Assembly: GCA_976551045.1 (NCBI GenBank)
Contig: CDPCPM010000146.1
Coordinates: forward strand, 1-64,000
Length of the DNA stretch: 64,000 nucleotides
From: Glaucostegus cemiculus
Taxonomy: Eukaryota
Reading direction: 5' to 3'
Below, piece after piece: positions 36,960-49,570 of the stretch (the stretch's first letter is position 1; every line of letters starts with the position of its first letter). The position numbers and the translations under genes were made by a program. The notes under the pieces are model-generated. The model was not told the origin of the DNA and ran no database searches. It worked only from the letters and a program-made list of their open reading frames with translations.

Positions 36960-37931
36960 TCCCAGGCCTCTTTATCTTGGCACTATCATGGGAAGGGGTT
37001 ACCAGGTGGACAGAGGATGTTCTCAACATCCACCTTGAAGAAGTGCAACATCCTCACTAACTCTGGAGAATCTCTGGCCCGTGACTGCTCAGAGTGAAGA
37101 AGGAGCATTTGGAATGGTATTTAGAACCTCAAGTCCATGCATTGGCTGCATTCAGAAGCCCATGAATGCAACTGAAAGAGCACACCACCTCAAGAACTGG
37201 TGCCTCTCCATACCATCAGGAACTTCTTGTTGCAACTGAAGAAAAATCTACGGTTCCCTTATTGGTTTCATTAGCCATCTCAGAACCCGCAAGACCAGAA
37301 TGGAAGCAACTCATCAAGAGCATCCTAACACACTGCATCACTATCTGGTTTGGGAGCTGCTCAGCTGCTGGATGGAAGTCCCTCCAGAGTATAGTGAGAG
37401 CGGCAGAGAAGATCATAGGTGTCTCTCTACCCTCTATTGCAGATATATACAAGGATATATAGAAAGGCCACAAATATAATGTCGGACCCTTCTCACCCCT
37501 CCTACCATCTCTTCACACTCTTGCCATCTGGAAGAAGGCTCAAGTGCATCCAGGCAAGGACAACTAGACTGTGCAATAGCTTCTTCCCACAAGCTATTAG
37601 AACTGTGAACTCCCTCATCCCTCCATCACTCCCGCCAACACTAAAGGATCCTAGGCGTACAGAAACGCACCAGCACTTTAAATGTCCGCTGCCAGTACGC
37701 TCACTTTAAGATTATTTATTTAAGTTGTATAATTTAATTTTGTGGTTCTATTGTTTCCAATGTCTCTCTGTCTTTGTGTCTCTCAGTGTTTGTTTTTCTC
37801 TTTTTTTAATGTGAAGTGCACCTTGACCTGTGGAGTACGGTATCTCGCTCCTATGCATACTGAATGTGTATATGGTAGTGACAATAAAACTGATTCTGAT
37901 TCTGATTCCTGAAGTACTGCCGCAGAAGAAG
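36960..37931 (+). mobile_element. RTE-clade 3' end (36960-37315, resumes 37908-37931), split by Rex1
   Basis: YHGKGLPGGQ..LKKCNI..ESLARD..RRSIW..IGFISHLRT; AGAAGAAG tail after the insertion. Confidence 0.7.
37316..37907 (+). mobile_element. Rex1/Babar 3' fragment (subfamily B)
   Basis: Homologous to 19030-19600; ARTTRLCNSFFPQAIR; (CTGATT)3 tail. Confidence 0.9.
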
Positions 37932-39204
37932 GTTATAACAGTTACTATTACTGCAAAAGTACGGTAGGAAAGCGCCTTGGATGGATGCCCTGAGTTCATA
38001 AGATGCTTAATAATCCTAGTCCTTTCATTTTTGACTCCTGCTTTCAGGATTTTATGGAAAAAATGGGTAAAGATTTTTATTTGGGAATAGAGATGACACA
38101 GGTGGGTACTGTGTAATTTTCATCAAGGGATGTGTCAAATTGCGATGTGTTTTCTGTCAAATTACCTCATCATTCAGCTGGAGTGTGCTCACTATACATT
38201 AGGAGACAAATGGAGTGGGTCTGCCAAATGCTTTTTCCTAATGCCTGTGCCCTTTTAACAATAATGGCTATTTTTTCTGGAATTGTTTTAATATAAAACA
38301 CATCAGGAATAGCAATTGCCAAGTTTTCAGTAAAGCTGGAGAGAGAAAAAGGCATTTTACACTCTAAAGCTAGCACTGTTGAGCCTGCCTTCTATTACGA
38401 TCAAACAAACCAATAAATTTCGTTATAGCTGTAAGTGTAGTCAGGGTTACAACAAAAAAAACTGAAACCTAAGCAAGTATTGGCCTTAAAGCAAACCATT
38501 GTTATTTAGCCCAAGTTCCCTTGGATTTAAAAAATGTGAGAATTTAGTGCTTTGCATCAAATTTGATTATTTGAGTACATTTAATTTTTACAGGAGCAGT
38601 GAAGGAGTGCAGATGCTTTGTTTTTGAAAGTTAAAATTAACCACTGTAATTTCATGATACTGTACTTTTAGTCAATTTAGTCTCTCAATGGGTATCAATC
38701 TGAGTCATTAGTGCTATATTCCCATCATTTTAAATACGCATTGGCTATGGCTGGTTGCACTGATCCAATAAATAGTTAACTAGTCATAAATGGACGAATG
38801 TAGTACATTAGGCTTCTCACCTTCAACAGCAATTGGCAAATCTGAAACGTGGTCTTTACACAAAGGACTAATAATTTGACAATTATGGAGTTTATAAATA
38901 ATGCCTCAATGCCAGTGTTTCTGCATATCTTTTGTTTAAACTTTATTACCTTCCCAGATTTTCAATTACAAATACTATCAGATTTTCTTTCTAAGACCTC
39001 TTCTAACTACTACCCATGTGCTGCTGTTGATTTAAGAGTAAACGTTAAAGTTGTCAGATTAAATAACAGACACAGCAGCCTGCCAGGTTTGTCTTCAGTG
39101 CTTCATAGTCCCAATTGAGAGAGCAGTAATAAGAATTGGGATTCCCTAAATAACAAGCTACGTTCATGCAGAGAGCCTTTGGAAATGTCCGAGTAAAGGG
39201 AAAG

Positions 39205-39550
39205 AAATTACTTTCATTTATAAAAGGGCTTTTAGAACATCTTGAAAATGCCTTTTAGCCAATGAAGCATTGTTACTTTTGTAAGGGAGGAAAGACGTTC
39301 ACACAGCAAGGTCCCAGAAACAGCAATAATCAAAACATTTTGTTATGTATAAATGTACAGTTAGGACTCTGATACAAAGAAATGCAGTAGGGTCCTTTGC
39401 ATTCACCTGGGGACTGAGGGACAGCTTTTCCTCAATAAGAGCATTGGAATGGTAGCCTGTATTGTGTGTTCAAGTCTCTGAAGTGCAACATGAACCCAGA
39501 ACTATCTAACTCAGAGTCAGAAGTGCTACCCACTGAGCCACAGCTGACAC
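39205..39550 (-). mobile_element. Old SacSINE1/Deu-type SINE
   Basis: Reverse strand GCTGTGGCTCAGTGGGTAGCAC..GGTTCA..CAGAGACTTGAACAC head and CAGGTGAATGCAAAGGACC core. Confidence 0.7.
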
Positions 39551-39907
39551 ATTATAGGATGGGTATTTTATTGAGAAGAAAGACAGTATAAATAACATGG
39601 CAAAATCAATTACAGTGACAGAGACCAAAAAGTTGTGACGATGAACACAGGCATATGAAGAAATGGCCAGATATTATCTTGTAAAATCATTCTTAGAGTT
39701 GTAGAAGTTTGGAAAAGATAAAGATGATTTCAGGGGTCTTCTGGGAAGGTTGGGATGGAGATAGGATGGAAAGAGTTGGACACATGAAAGGAAGGGATTT
39801 TCTGTGTGATGGAGCAGAGAGAGATTGGTGGGAGCCCTTTTATTGGACTGGCTGCTTCCTCTGCCTACTAACTTAAATGATGGGGCGGTGCTTGAATTTC
39901 CACCAGT

Positions 39908-40870
39908 TGAATCAGAATCAAGTTTATTACACTGACATATGGTGTTAAATTTGTTGTTTTGTGGCAGCGGTACATTACAAGACATAAAGACATATAAATT
40001 GCTCTGAGTTACAAAAATAAGAATGTAGTGCAAAAGAGGAATAACAAGGTAGTGTTCATGGGTTCATGGACCATTCAGAAATCTGATGGTGGAGGGGAAG
40101 GAGCTGTTCCTGAAACATTGAGTGTGGGTCTGCAGGCACCTGTACTACCTCCCCAATGGTAGTAATGTGAAGGGGGCACGTCCTGAGTGGAGATGGTCCT
40201 TAATGATGGATGCCACCTTCTTGAGGCACCGCCTCTTGAAGATGTCCTCGATGGTGGGGAGGGTTGTGTTTGTGATGGAGTTGGCTGAGTCTACAACCCT
40301 CTGCAGCCTCTCTCCATCCTGCACATTGGAGCCTCCACACCAGGCCGTATTGCAACCAGTCGGAATGCTCTCCACCGTACATCTGTAGAAGTTTGCAAGA
40401 GTCTTTGGTGACATACTAAACCTTCTCAAACTCCTAATGAAGTAGAGCCACTGGCATGCCTTTTTCGTGATTACATCAATGTGTTGGGCTCAAGATGGAT
40501 CCACTAAGATGTTGACACCCAGGAACTTGAAGCTGCTCACCCTTTCCATCCCTGACCCTTCAATGAGGACTGGTGTGTGTTCTCCTTACTTCCTCCTGCT
40601 GAAGTCCACAATCAATTCCTTGGTCTTGCTGATGTTGAGCGCAAGGTTGTTGTTGTGACATTGCTCAACCAGTTGATCTATCTCACTCCTGTACACCGCC
40701 TCATCACCAGCTGAGATTCTTCCAACAACAGCTGTGTCATCGGTGAATTTATGGATTGCATATGAGCTGTGCCTAGCCACACAGTCATAGGTGTAGAGAG
40801 AGTAGAGCAGTGGGCTAAGCATGAATCCTTGAGGTGTTCCTGTGTTGATTGTTAGCAAGGAGGAGATGTT
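39908..40870 (-). mobile_element. Rex1/Babar 5'-truncated (subfamily C)
   Basis: [41 protein letters not shown]. Confidence 0.92.
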
Positions 40871-41050
40871 GCATTGAAACTCTGACAAGGAATTTTAGGA
40901 AATAACAGAAGGTCAACATTCTGTAGTGAAATACTTTTATCTAGCGCCCTAGAGTAATAGGCCCTTCGGCCAACTTGTCCATGACAACCAAGTTGCCTAC
41001 CTAAGTTGCCTACATTTGGCCCATATTGCTCCAAACCTTTCTTATCCATG

Positions 41051-42410
41051 AGAGGTTGGTCATGGCACGCATCACCTCCAGCCTACCAGACAACCTGGAC
41101 CCATTGCTATTCGCCTATCGGCAAAACAGGTCTATGGCAGATGCCATCTCCCTGGCCCTACACTCAGCTCTGGAGCACCTGGACAGTAAAGACTCATACG
41201 TTAGACTATTGCTTATTGACTACAGCTCTGCCTTCAATACAATAATTCCAAGCAAGCTTGTCACCAAACTCTGAGACCTAGGACTCAACACCTCCCTCTG
41301 TAACTGGATCCTTGACTTTCTAACAAACAGACTGCAATCAGTGAGGAGAGGCAGCAATACCTCCAGCATGATTATTCTCAACAATGGTGCCCCACAAGGC
41401 TGCGTCCTCAGCCCTCTACTCTACTCCCTATACACTCATGACTGTGTGGCCAGATTATGCTCTAACTCCATCTACAAGTTTGCAGATGATACCACCGTTG
41501 TGGGCCGAATCTCAAACAGTGATGAGTCAGAGTACGGGAAGGAGATAGAGAGCTTAGTGGAATGGTGTCATGACAACAACCTTTCCCTCGATGTCAGCAA
41601 AACTAAAGAGCTGGTCATTGACTTCAGGAAAGGGAGCGGTGTACATGGACCTGTCTAAATCAGTGGTGCTGAGGTTGAGAGAGTTGACAGCTTCAAGTTC
41701 CTGGGAGCGAACATCACCAACAGCCTGTTCTGGTCAAATCACGCAGATGCCACAGCCAAGAAAGCTCACCAGCACCTCTACTTCCTCAGGAGGCCAAGGA
41801 AATTTGGTTTGTCCCCTTTGACTCTCACCAACTTTTACCAATGCACCATAGAAAGCATCCTATCTGGATGTATCACGGCTTGGTACTGCAACTGCTCTGC
41901 CCAGGACCACAAGAGGCTGCAAAGTGTTGTGGACACAGTCCAGCATGTCAGGGACACCAGCCTCCCCTCCTTGGACTCTGTCTTTACCTCTCATTGTCTT
42001 GGTGTAGCAGCCAGTATAATCAAAGACCCCACTCATCTGGGACATTCTCTCTTCTCTCCTCTTCCTTCGGGTAGAAGATACAGGAGCCTGAGGGCACGTA
42101 CCACAGACTTAAGGACAGCTTCTACCCCACTGTGATAAGACTATTGAATGGTTCCCTTATACAATGAGATGGACTATGACCCCATGATCTACCTTGTTGT
42201 GACCTTGCACCTTATTGCACTGCGCTTTCTCTGTAGCTGTGACACTTTACTCTGTACTGTTATTGTTTTTACCTGTACTACATCAATGCACTCTGTACTA
42301 ACTCAATGTAACTGCTCTGTGTAATGAATTGGCCTGTATGATCGGTTTGTAAGACAAGCTTTTCACTGTACCTCAGTACAAGTGACAATAATAAACCAAT
42401 ACCAATACCA
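41051..42410 (+). mobile_element. Rex1/Babar 5'-truncated RT region (subfamily A)
   Basis: [45 protein letters not shown]; in-frame stops; (ACCAAT)n tail. Confidence 0.95.
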
Positions 42411-42443
42411 ATGTACTTGTCCAAATGTCTTTTAAATGTTGAT

Positions 42444-42597
42444 TCCTGTCATATTTGTAGAGTCCTGATGAAGGGTCTCGAACAAAAACATCAACTGTTT
42501 ATTTCCCTCCATAGATGCTGCCTGGCCTGTTGGGTTCCTCCAGCATTTTGTATGTGTTGCCCCAGATCCCAGCATCTGCAGAATCTCTTGTGTCTCC
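42444..42597 (+). mobile_element. Penelope pLTR-derived insertion with hammerhead remnant
   Basis: AGTC-CTGATGA-AGGG-TCTCG-AAC-AAAA-CATC-AACTG followed by the ..CCAGCATCTGCAG..TCTTGTGTCTCC end. TSD TCTTTTAAAT(G/C)TTG at 42428-42441 and 42599-42612. Confidence 0.75.
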
Positions 42598-42633
42598 ATC
42601 TTTTAAATCTTGTTATTGTACCTACCTCAACAA

Positions 42634-42808
42634 CGTGTACATCGAAATACAGAGTGAAATGCATGTGTTGTGTAGAGTGTTCTGGGGCAGCGCACAAGTG
42701 TCACCACACTCCTGGCACCAACATAGCATGCCCACAACTTCCTAACCCGTACGTCTTTGGAATGTGGGAGGAAACTGGAGCACCCGGAGGAAATCCATGG
42801 GGAGAACG
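42634..42808 (-). mobile_element. V-SINE family B, truncated
   Basis: V-domain plus GGGCATGCTATGTTGG body plus TTTCACTCTGT..GTACAC tail. Confidence 0.82.
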
Positions 42809-43465
42809 TCATTATGCACAAGTACACGTATGTACAGGTGTAATGAAAAACTTACGTGTAGCAGCGTCACAAGCAGATAGCATCATACAAACAGCACTCA
42901 AAAGAAAAACATAAATTAAACATAAATTATACACAATTTTTACATGAAAGAACACAATTAGAACAAAGTCCATTTTAGTGCAAGGTGATCAGAGTGGTCA
43001 TAGTTTTGCTAAACTGTAGTGATTAGGGCTTTGCTGGTTGGTTCAAGAACTGAATGGTTGGAGGGAAGTATCTGTTCTTCAACCTGGTGGTGTGGGACTT
43101 CAGGCTTCTGTACCTCCTGCCCGACGGTAGTTGTGAAAAGGTGGCGTAGCCTGGATGGTGGGGATCTTTCGTGATGGATGTTGCCTTCTTGAGGCAGCGC
43201 CTCCTGCAGATACTACCGATGGTGGGGAGGGATGTGCCCGTGATGTATTAGGCAGAGTCCACTACTCTCTGCAGCTTCTTACATTCCTGTGCATTCAAGT
43301 TGCTGTACCAGACCACGATGCAACTAGTCAGGATACTTTCAACAGGACATCTGTAGGGGTTTGTTAGAGTGTTCACTGACAAGCTGAACCTCCTAAGAAA
43401 GTACAGACACTAGCACACTTTCCTTATGATTGTGTCTATGTGCTGGGCCCAGGACAGGTCATCTA
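42809..43465 (-). mobile_element. Rex1/Babar 3' fragment (subfamily D)
   Basis: Reverse strand YRCPVESILTSC..YLQEALPQEG..SGRRYRSLKSHTTRLKN. Confidence 0.85.
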
Positions 43466-45991
43466 GTTTTGACCCCCTTCCTCTGGGGAAAAAAGACTGT
43501 GCGCATTCACCCTATTTATACCCCTCATGATTTTATACATCTCTGTATGGTCCCCCCTTAGTTTCCTACATTCCAAGGAATAAAGTCCTAGCCTGTTCAA
43601 CCTCTCCTACAACTCAGGCCTTCGAGTCCTGGCAACATTCTTGTAAATTAGGTTGAGAGATTACAAAATCCTTAACGTTACAGTGACATTATAATACCCT
43701 CCCTTATCTCTATGCTATGAGCAGAGCCCTGCAACAACTCATGATTGTTGTAGGCATCATTCCACTGATCCGATGAAGTGTGACTTCTGGTCCTCCTTCC
43801 CTGACTGCAGCCTTTGTCTCAGTCGATCATCTCAGGACATTTGCTGGTGACCCTTCCCTGATAATTGTGCCCTCGTGGCTGAGAGGTCTTGCTTTGAAGG
43901 TAAACATCCAAGGATGATAAATGAACGTGATGTCAAAGCAGTCATTGGAAAGGAGGTGCCCTTGCTGGCTACAGATGGAGAGTAAATGTTGGCATCATAT
44001 GAAGGCTGCCTTTTTGAGCTAGTTGATGGACTTGATATGACGAAGGAGAATGAGATGGATAACCATAAGAAGCAATCCTGAAAGTCAATGGGACAAGGGA
44101 AATATACGTCACCAGTACAATCACATCAGATATCACTCTGACTTTTGCTAGGGGAATTCCAGTGCTAAAACTGAGGATATACATTAGAGAAATTTGAGCA
44201 GTAATAACATGTATCAAAACCTCGGGATGTTAAAGATGAGTTGAGGTTGGGTAAGTCAAGATTAAACCTGCCTTTTACAGTGCGAAAAGAAATTGCATTC
44301 CTTGAGCAAATATTTTGTATGCTGTGTTTTAGTGTGCAATACAAGTTCAATATTTAATGTGTTGTCTATCTGTTTATAAAGTATGTTCGGGAGCTTACTG
44401 AAAGATGAAGCACCTTGAAACAATCCATTAAGTTAGACAGGTTATATTAATGGAAGTTGTTATATTGCCAACTGGTTATGTGATTAATAGTCATCAGTGT
44501 TCAACCTTTCTCAACTGTGCATTAGATTTTCCTTATTAATCTATTATAGACATCACCATGTTTCTCTTTTTTTTTAACAATTGCAGCACATTAACTGAAG
44601 AACCAACACAAAAGTAAGAAAGTCAGTTTACTTCCAGGCCAGGTTCACGCATATTTGTCATTCTAAGGACCAGGCCTGGTTTTTATATAGCCAATGAAGA
44701 GACTTTTATGGAGTCAGCAGGGATCTTCATTGGCATTACCTGCTGTGGCCCTTTGGAGAACTGGCTAGGCCACTCAAAGCTGGGTATCAATGGACGGAAT
44801 ATAGGCAGCATTTGTACTGCCCATTACTACCTAAATATTGCAGTAGATTCCTCTTTGAGGACTCCATTGAGCATACTACAAACAGACTGCCATCTTAAAC
44901 AGTAGATCCCTTGTCACTTGCAGGAAGGCCTGGTTTCCTGGGCTCTGTCCCTCCTGGGTGGATGGAATTCTAATTACTCCAATATGTGGCACCTATAATT
45001 TCTTCTGCTGCCATAAATGGTTTCTAAATTTGTAAAAAAAATCTTCTTTTGCATCATCACAATTTCTCACAGTATTTTTTTTAGTGATGTAAACCTTCCT
45101 GCAGCTGTTGTTCCAGTGTCTGTAGGTGTGTCACAAGGGTGATGGCTTTTAACATCTGTTTAGCTCTCTAATTACAGATTGATTGTCTTTCTCAGTACAG
45201 AAAATGTGTCATACCATCTGCCATCATCTGCAGATCTTGGACAAAAGCTTTGCTTGTCTATATGAAGAGTGGTTCTATGTTTATCTCTGCACAGCCTGCA
45301 CAAGTTGGACAAACAGAACAACATTCTAGCTTACAGTGCCTGGTGCCCCATGAAATGTGCTGTATATTGTCTATGCAACAATGTAGATAAATATATAATT
45401 TTGCAGACAGGAAGACAGAATGAGTATGTACTCCAAATGTAATGGTTGAAAGTGAGACAGTAGCAGAGACACACTGAATCTGTCCATCCAATACAAAGCT
45501 GAGTTCAATAAAACCATTGGGATATTGAGCTTTACCATCCATCTCATGAGAATTCACAATCAAACTAACAGTAATTGTGAAACTGTTCAAGTGGGCAAGG
45601 AACAAGAAACATATTCAAGTGTTAGAAGTGGTGCAAAAACAAGCTATTAGTCTAATCCAAATTGTCAGCGCTTGAATTATGGGGAAAGTGGAGAGATTCT
45701 GAAAAATGGCCTTTTAAATTAGAGGTGCTGTTAAGAGAACAGGAAAAGTTAAGCCTAGAGTAACATTAAATTGTGGGAGTAAAACAAAGGGAAAGCAGGC
45801 TCAAACTAATAATGTGTAAATGGAGGATTGATAGCAGGACTTTCTTCAAAACTGCCAAATAGAGCACTTAACAAGAACACAATCATACAATTGATCTTGA
45901 ATTGCTATAGTCTTTGTGTTGAAGGCAGTCCCTGACCAGGGAGTTCCAGCATCAATGAAGAAATGGGAATATACTTACTAAAGCATAAGAA

Positions 45992-46175
45992 ACTGTAAGG
46001 AGTTTGTACATTCTCCTGTGTCTGTGTGGGTTTCCTCCGGCTGCTCTGGTTTCCTCCCACATTCTAAGAGACGTACGGGTAGGTTAATTTGGGGGTTTAA
46101 AATGGGCGGCGCGGACTCATTGGGCCGAAAGGGCCTGTTACCACACTGTAAATAAAATTTTTTAAAAAATTTTAA
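45992..46175 (+). mobile_element. HE1-like V-SINE family A, 5'-truncated
   Basis: V-domain plus TTGGGCCGAAAGGGCCTGTTACC tail and an AT-rich end. Confidence 0.88.
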
Positions 46176-46371
46176 ATTGGAGCAGGAGTAGGCTATAGGA
46201 GTATGTTTCTCAAGCTAGCTCTGTAGGATTATGGCTTACCTGATATAAGCTCTGCTTTCCTGCTTATTTCGTACAATGCTTGATTACTCTGTAAACCAAA
46301 ATTTACCCCTGAATGATTGTTTCCAAAACTGTCTTTCATAGACTCACAATCCTCTGAAGGACTCCATCTCC

Positions 46372-46861
46372 TCAACTCCATGACAAAGCCTAGTCCATCA
46401 CAGGCACAGGCCTCCCCACCATTGACAGCATCTGCAGGAGGCATTGCCACAAGAAGGTGGCATCTACCATCAAGGATCCCCACCAGCTGGGTCATGCCCT
46501 CCTCTCGCTGCTCTTGTCAGGCAGGATGTACGGAAGCTCAAAGTCCCACAGTACCAGGTTCAGGAATAGCTACTTTCCTACAACTATCAGATTCGTGAAC
46601 CGGCCTGCACAACCCGAACCCTACCTCAGCAAAAGAATACTACAGACCACCTCGTACATTACCATAGACTTGTCTCCGTTGACTCTTTATTTTTTGCACT
46701 TGCTTTTGCACAGTTTTTATCTCTCGCTCTTCACTGTCTTGTTTAATACACCTGTGTGTTGTCTGTACCTATGTGCCTGTGATGCTGCTGCAAGCAAGTT
46801 TTTCATTGTACCTATACACCACCGTACTTGTACACATGACAATAAACTTGACCTGACTTGA
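46372..46861 (+). mobile_element. Rex1/Babar 3' fragment (subfamily D)
   Basis: ASTIKDPHQLGHALLSLLLSGRMY..STRFRNSYFPTTIRF; CATGACAATAAACTTGACCTGACTTG tail. Confidence 0.88.
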
Positions 46862-47071
46862 AGTGGATGACCGCTTATTCTGAAACTATTCCAAGAGGAG
46901 AAGCATTCTTTGTAGAATTTACCATGTCGGAATCTTACATTTTCAACAAGATCACCTCTCAATTAAATTCCAACCTACTTGATCTTGCAGCCTGAGACAA
47001 TTCCTTCTTCAGCGAATCAACCAAGTGAACCTTCTCGTAACTGCCACTAATGTAGGTCTATTCCCCTTTCA

Positions 47072-49088
47072 GTGAAGGAACCGTGGGTGACAAGAGAGGT
47101 AGAAAGACTGGTTAGGAGGAAGAAGGAGGCTTATGTAAGGTGTAAGTGGCAAGGCTCTGATGTGGCCCGTGAGGAGTATAGTATAGTGAGAAGGGAACTT
47201 AAGAAAGAGCTGAGGAGAGCTAGAAGGGGACATGAAAAGATGTTGGCTCGTAGGGTTAAGGAAAATCCCAAGGCTTTTTTCTCTTATGTGAAGGGCAGAA
47301 GGATGACTAGGGTAAAGGTAGGGCCTATTAAGGACAAAGGTGGGAGGATGTGCCTGGAGGCGGCAGAGGTAGGGGAGGTACTTAATGAATACTTCTCCTC
47401 TGTATTCACCAAGGAGAGGGGCCTTGATGATGTGACAGTGAGTGCTGACAAGGGTAATGTTCTTGAGTATGTAGCTATAGAGAGGGAGGAGGTGATGAAA
47501 TTGTTAAGTAATATCAAGACTGATAAGTCTCCGGGGCCTGATGGAATATTCCCCAGGCTGCTTCGGGAGGCGAGGGAGGAGATTGTTGATCCGCTGGTGA
47601 GGATCTTTGAGTCCTCGTTGTCCACGGGGATGGTGCCGGAGGATTGGCGAGTAGCGGATGTTGTTCCCTTGTTTAAGAAGGGCAGTAGAGATAGTCCGGG
47701 AAATTACAGACCGGTGAGCCTCACGTCTGTGGTAGGTAAGCTGTTGGAAAGGATTTTGAGGGACAGGATCTATGAGCACTTGGAGAGTCATGGACTGATT
47801 AGGGACAGTCAGCATGGCTTTGTGAAGGGAAGATCTTGCCTCACGAGCCTGATAGAGTTCTTTGAGGAGGTGACGAGGAAGCTTGATGAAGGCAGGGAGG
47901 TGGATGTAGTGTATATGGATTTTAGTAAGGCGTTCGATAAGGTTCCTCATGGCAGGCTTCTTCAGAAGGTCAGAGGTCGAGGTATCCAGGGGAGGTTGGC
48001 TGTGTGGATAAGAAATTGGCTTTCCTGTAGAAGGCAGAGGGTTATGGTGGAGGGAGTGCCCTCGGATTGGAGGGCTGTGACTAGTGGAGTCCCGCAGGGA
48101 TCGGTTCTGGGGCCTCTACTCTTTGTTATATTCATAGATGATTTGGATGAAGGAGTGGAGGGATGGGTTGGTAAGTTTGCAGATGACACCAAGATCGGTG
48201 GTGTGGTAGATAGTGTGGAGGACTGTAGGAGCTTACAGGGGGATATTGATAGGATGCAGAAATGGGCTGACAGGTGGCAGATGGAGTTTAATCCGGAGAA
48301 GTGTGAGGTGGTGCACTTTGGGAGGACAAACTCCAGGACAGAGTATAAGGTAAATGGTAAGGTTCTTGGCAGTGTAGAGGAGCAGAGGGATCTGGGGGTT
48401 CATATCCACAGTTCACTAAAAGTTGCCTCGCAGGTGGATAGGGCTGTTAAGAAGGCTTATGGGATGTTGGCTTTTATAAATAAAGGGATTGAGTTCAAGA
48501 GCAGAGAGGTGATGATGCTGCTTTACAAAACTCTAGTTAGGCTGCACTTGGAATATTGTGTTCAGTTCTGGTCGCCGCATTATAGGAAGGATGTGGAGGC
48601 GTTGGAGAGGGTGCAGAGGCGTTTTACCAGGATGATGCCTGGATTGGAGGGTATGGAATATAAAGAGAGGCTTAAGGTGCTAGGGCTCTACTCATTAGAG
48701 AGGAGGAGGATGAGAGGGGACTTGATAGAGGTGTTTAAGATATTGAGAGGAATAGATAGAGTTAATAGTCAGCGCCTCTTTCCCAGAGCGCAGATGCTCA
48801 AGACGAGAGGGCATGCCTTTAAGATAATAGGTGGAAAGTATAGGGGAGATGTCAGAGGGAAGTTTTTCACCCAGAGAGTGGTTGGTGCATGGAATGCACT
48901 GCCTGGGGTGGTAGTGGAGGCAGATACGTTGGACAGGTTTAAGAGATTGTTAGATAAGCACATGGAAGAATGTGGAATAGTAGGATATGAGGGTGGAAAG
49001 AGTTAGTTTGGGAGATGTTTGTAGGATGGCACAGCTTGATGGGCCGAAGGGCCTGTTCTGTGCTGTATTGTTCTATGTTCTATGTTCT
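47072..49088 (+). mobile_element. Young CR1 LINE, 5'-truncated, with an uninterrupted 644-codon ORF2 portion (complete RT domain, no endonuclease)
   Basis: KSPGPDGI, GNYRPVSLTS, MDFSKAFDKVPH, SGVPQGSVLGP, FADDTK. 3' stem-loop GGGCCGAAGGGCCT and (CTATGTT)n tail. Inserted into an older minus-strand CR1 (46870-47071 / 49089-49135). Confidence 0.97.
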
Positions 49089-49311
49089 AATAGGGAGATC
49101 AGAACTGTACATGATACTCTTGGTGTAGTCCAAGACAGGATGTTGTGTGACTTAGAGAGCAACCCACAGGTGGCAGATCTCCCCCGCACCTGCTGCCCTT
49201 GCTCTTCTAGATGATGGGTTTGGCAAATTGTTGCATGTGGTACAAGAATCAGCCACAGCGTGCCAGTGATTTATAGAGAGAGAATTCTAAATATGACATT
49301 TCTAAATATGA

Positions 49312-49570
49312 AAGAGCTTGCATTTAAGTAGCATCATTTGTCTTCTCAGAGCATCTCTAAATGCTTCATTCCAAATTAATTATTTTTCTATTGTGGTTAC
49401 TCTGTTTACACACAGACGTACATGGCAAGATACCACAAATAACATTGAGCCACTAGTCTGATTGAGATAAAGAGGTGACTCCTTTGCTCTTCAAATGGCT
49501 CCATAGAACTTTTCAATGTAAAACTGACAATGGAGCGCAACAGGCCTCAATTTAATCGAAAGTTTCTTTG
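49312..49570 (-). mobile_element. Old Deu-type SINE fragment
   Basis: CTTGCATTTA..TTTGCTCTTCAAATGGCTCCATAG..GGCCTCAATTTAA, the reverse complement of the Deu core. Confidence 0.5.

Larger units (their letters stand above)
34110..39053. repeat. ~210-bp inverted repeat pair: left arm 34110-34268 + 35085-35140 (split by CR1), right arm 38843-39053
   Basis: Both arms translate to NNA.MPVFLHIFC.NFITFPDFQLQILSDF.SKTSSNY on opposite strands; outer ends CAACTTTAACG / CGTTAAAGTTG. Confidence 0.9.
40950..43650 (-). mobile_element. CR1 3' end acting as host for nested insertions (pieces ~40950-41050, 42411-42443, 42598-42633, 43466-43650)
   Basis: GGCCCTTCGGCCAAC tail; CTTATCCATG/TACTTGTCCAAATG continues across the Rex1 insert; the coding part resumes at 43466. 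Confidence 0.75.
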
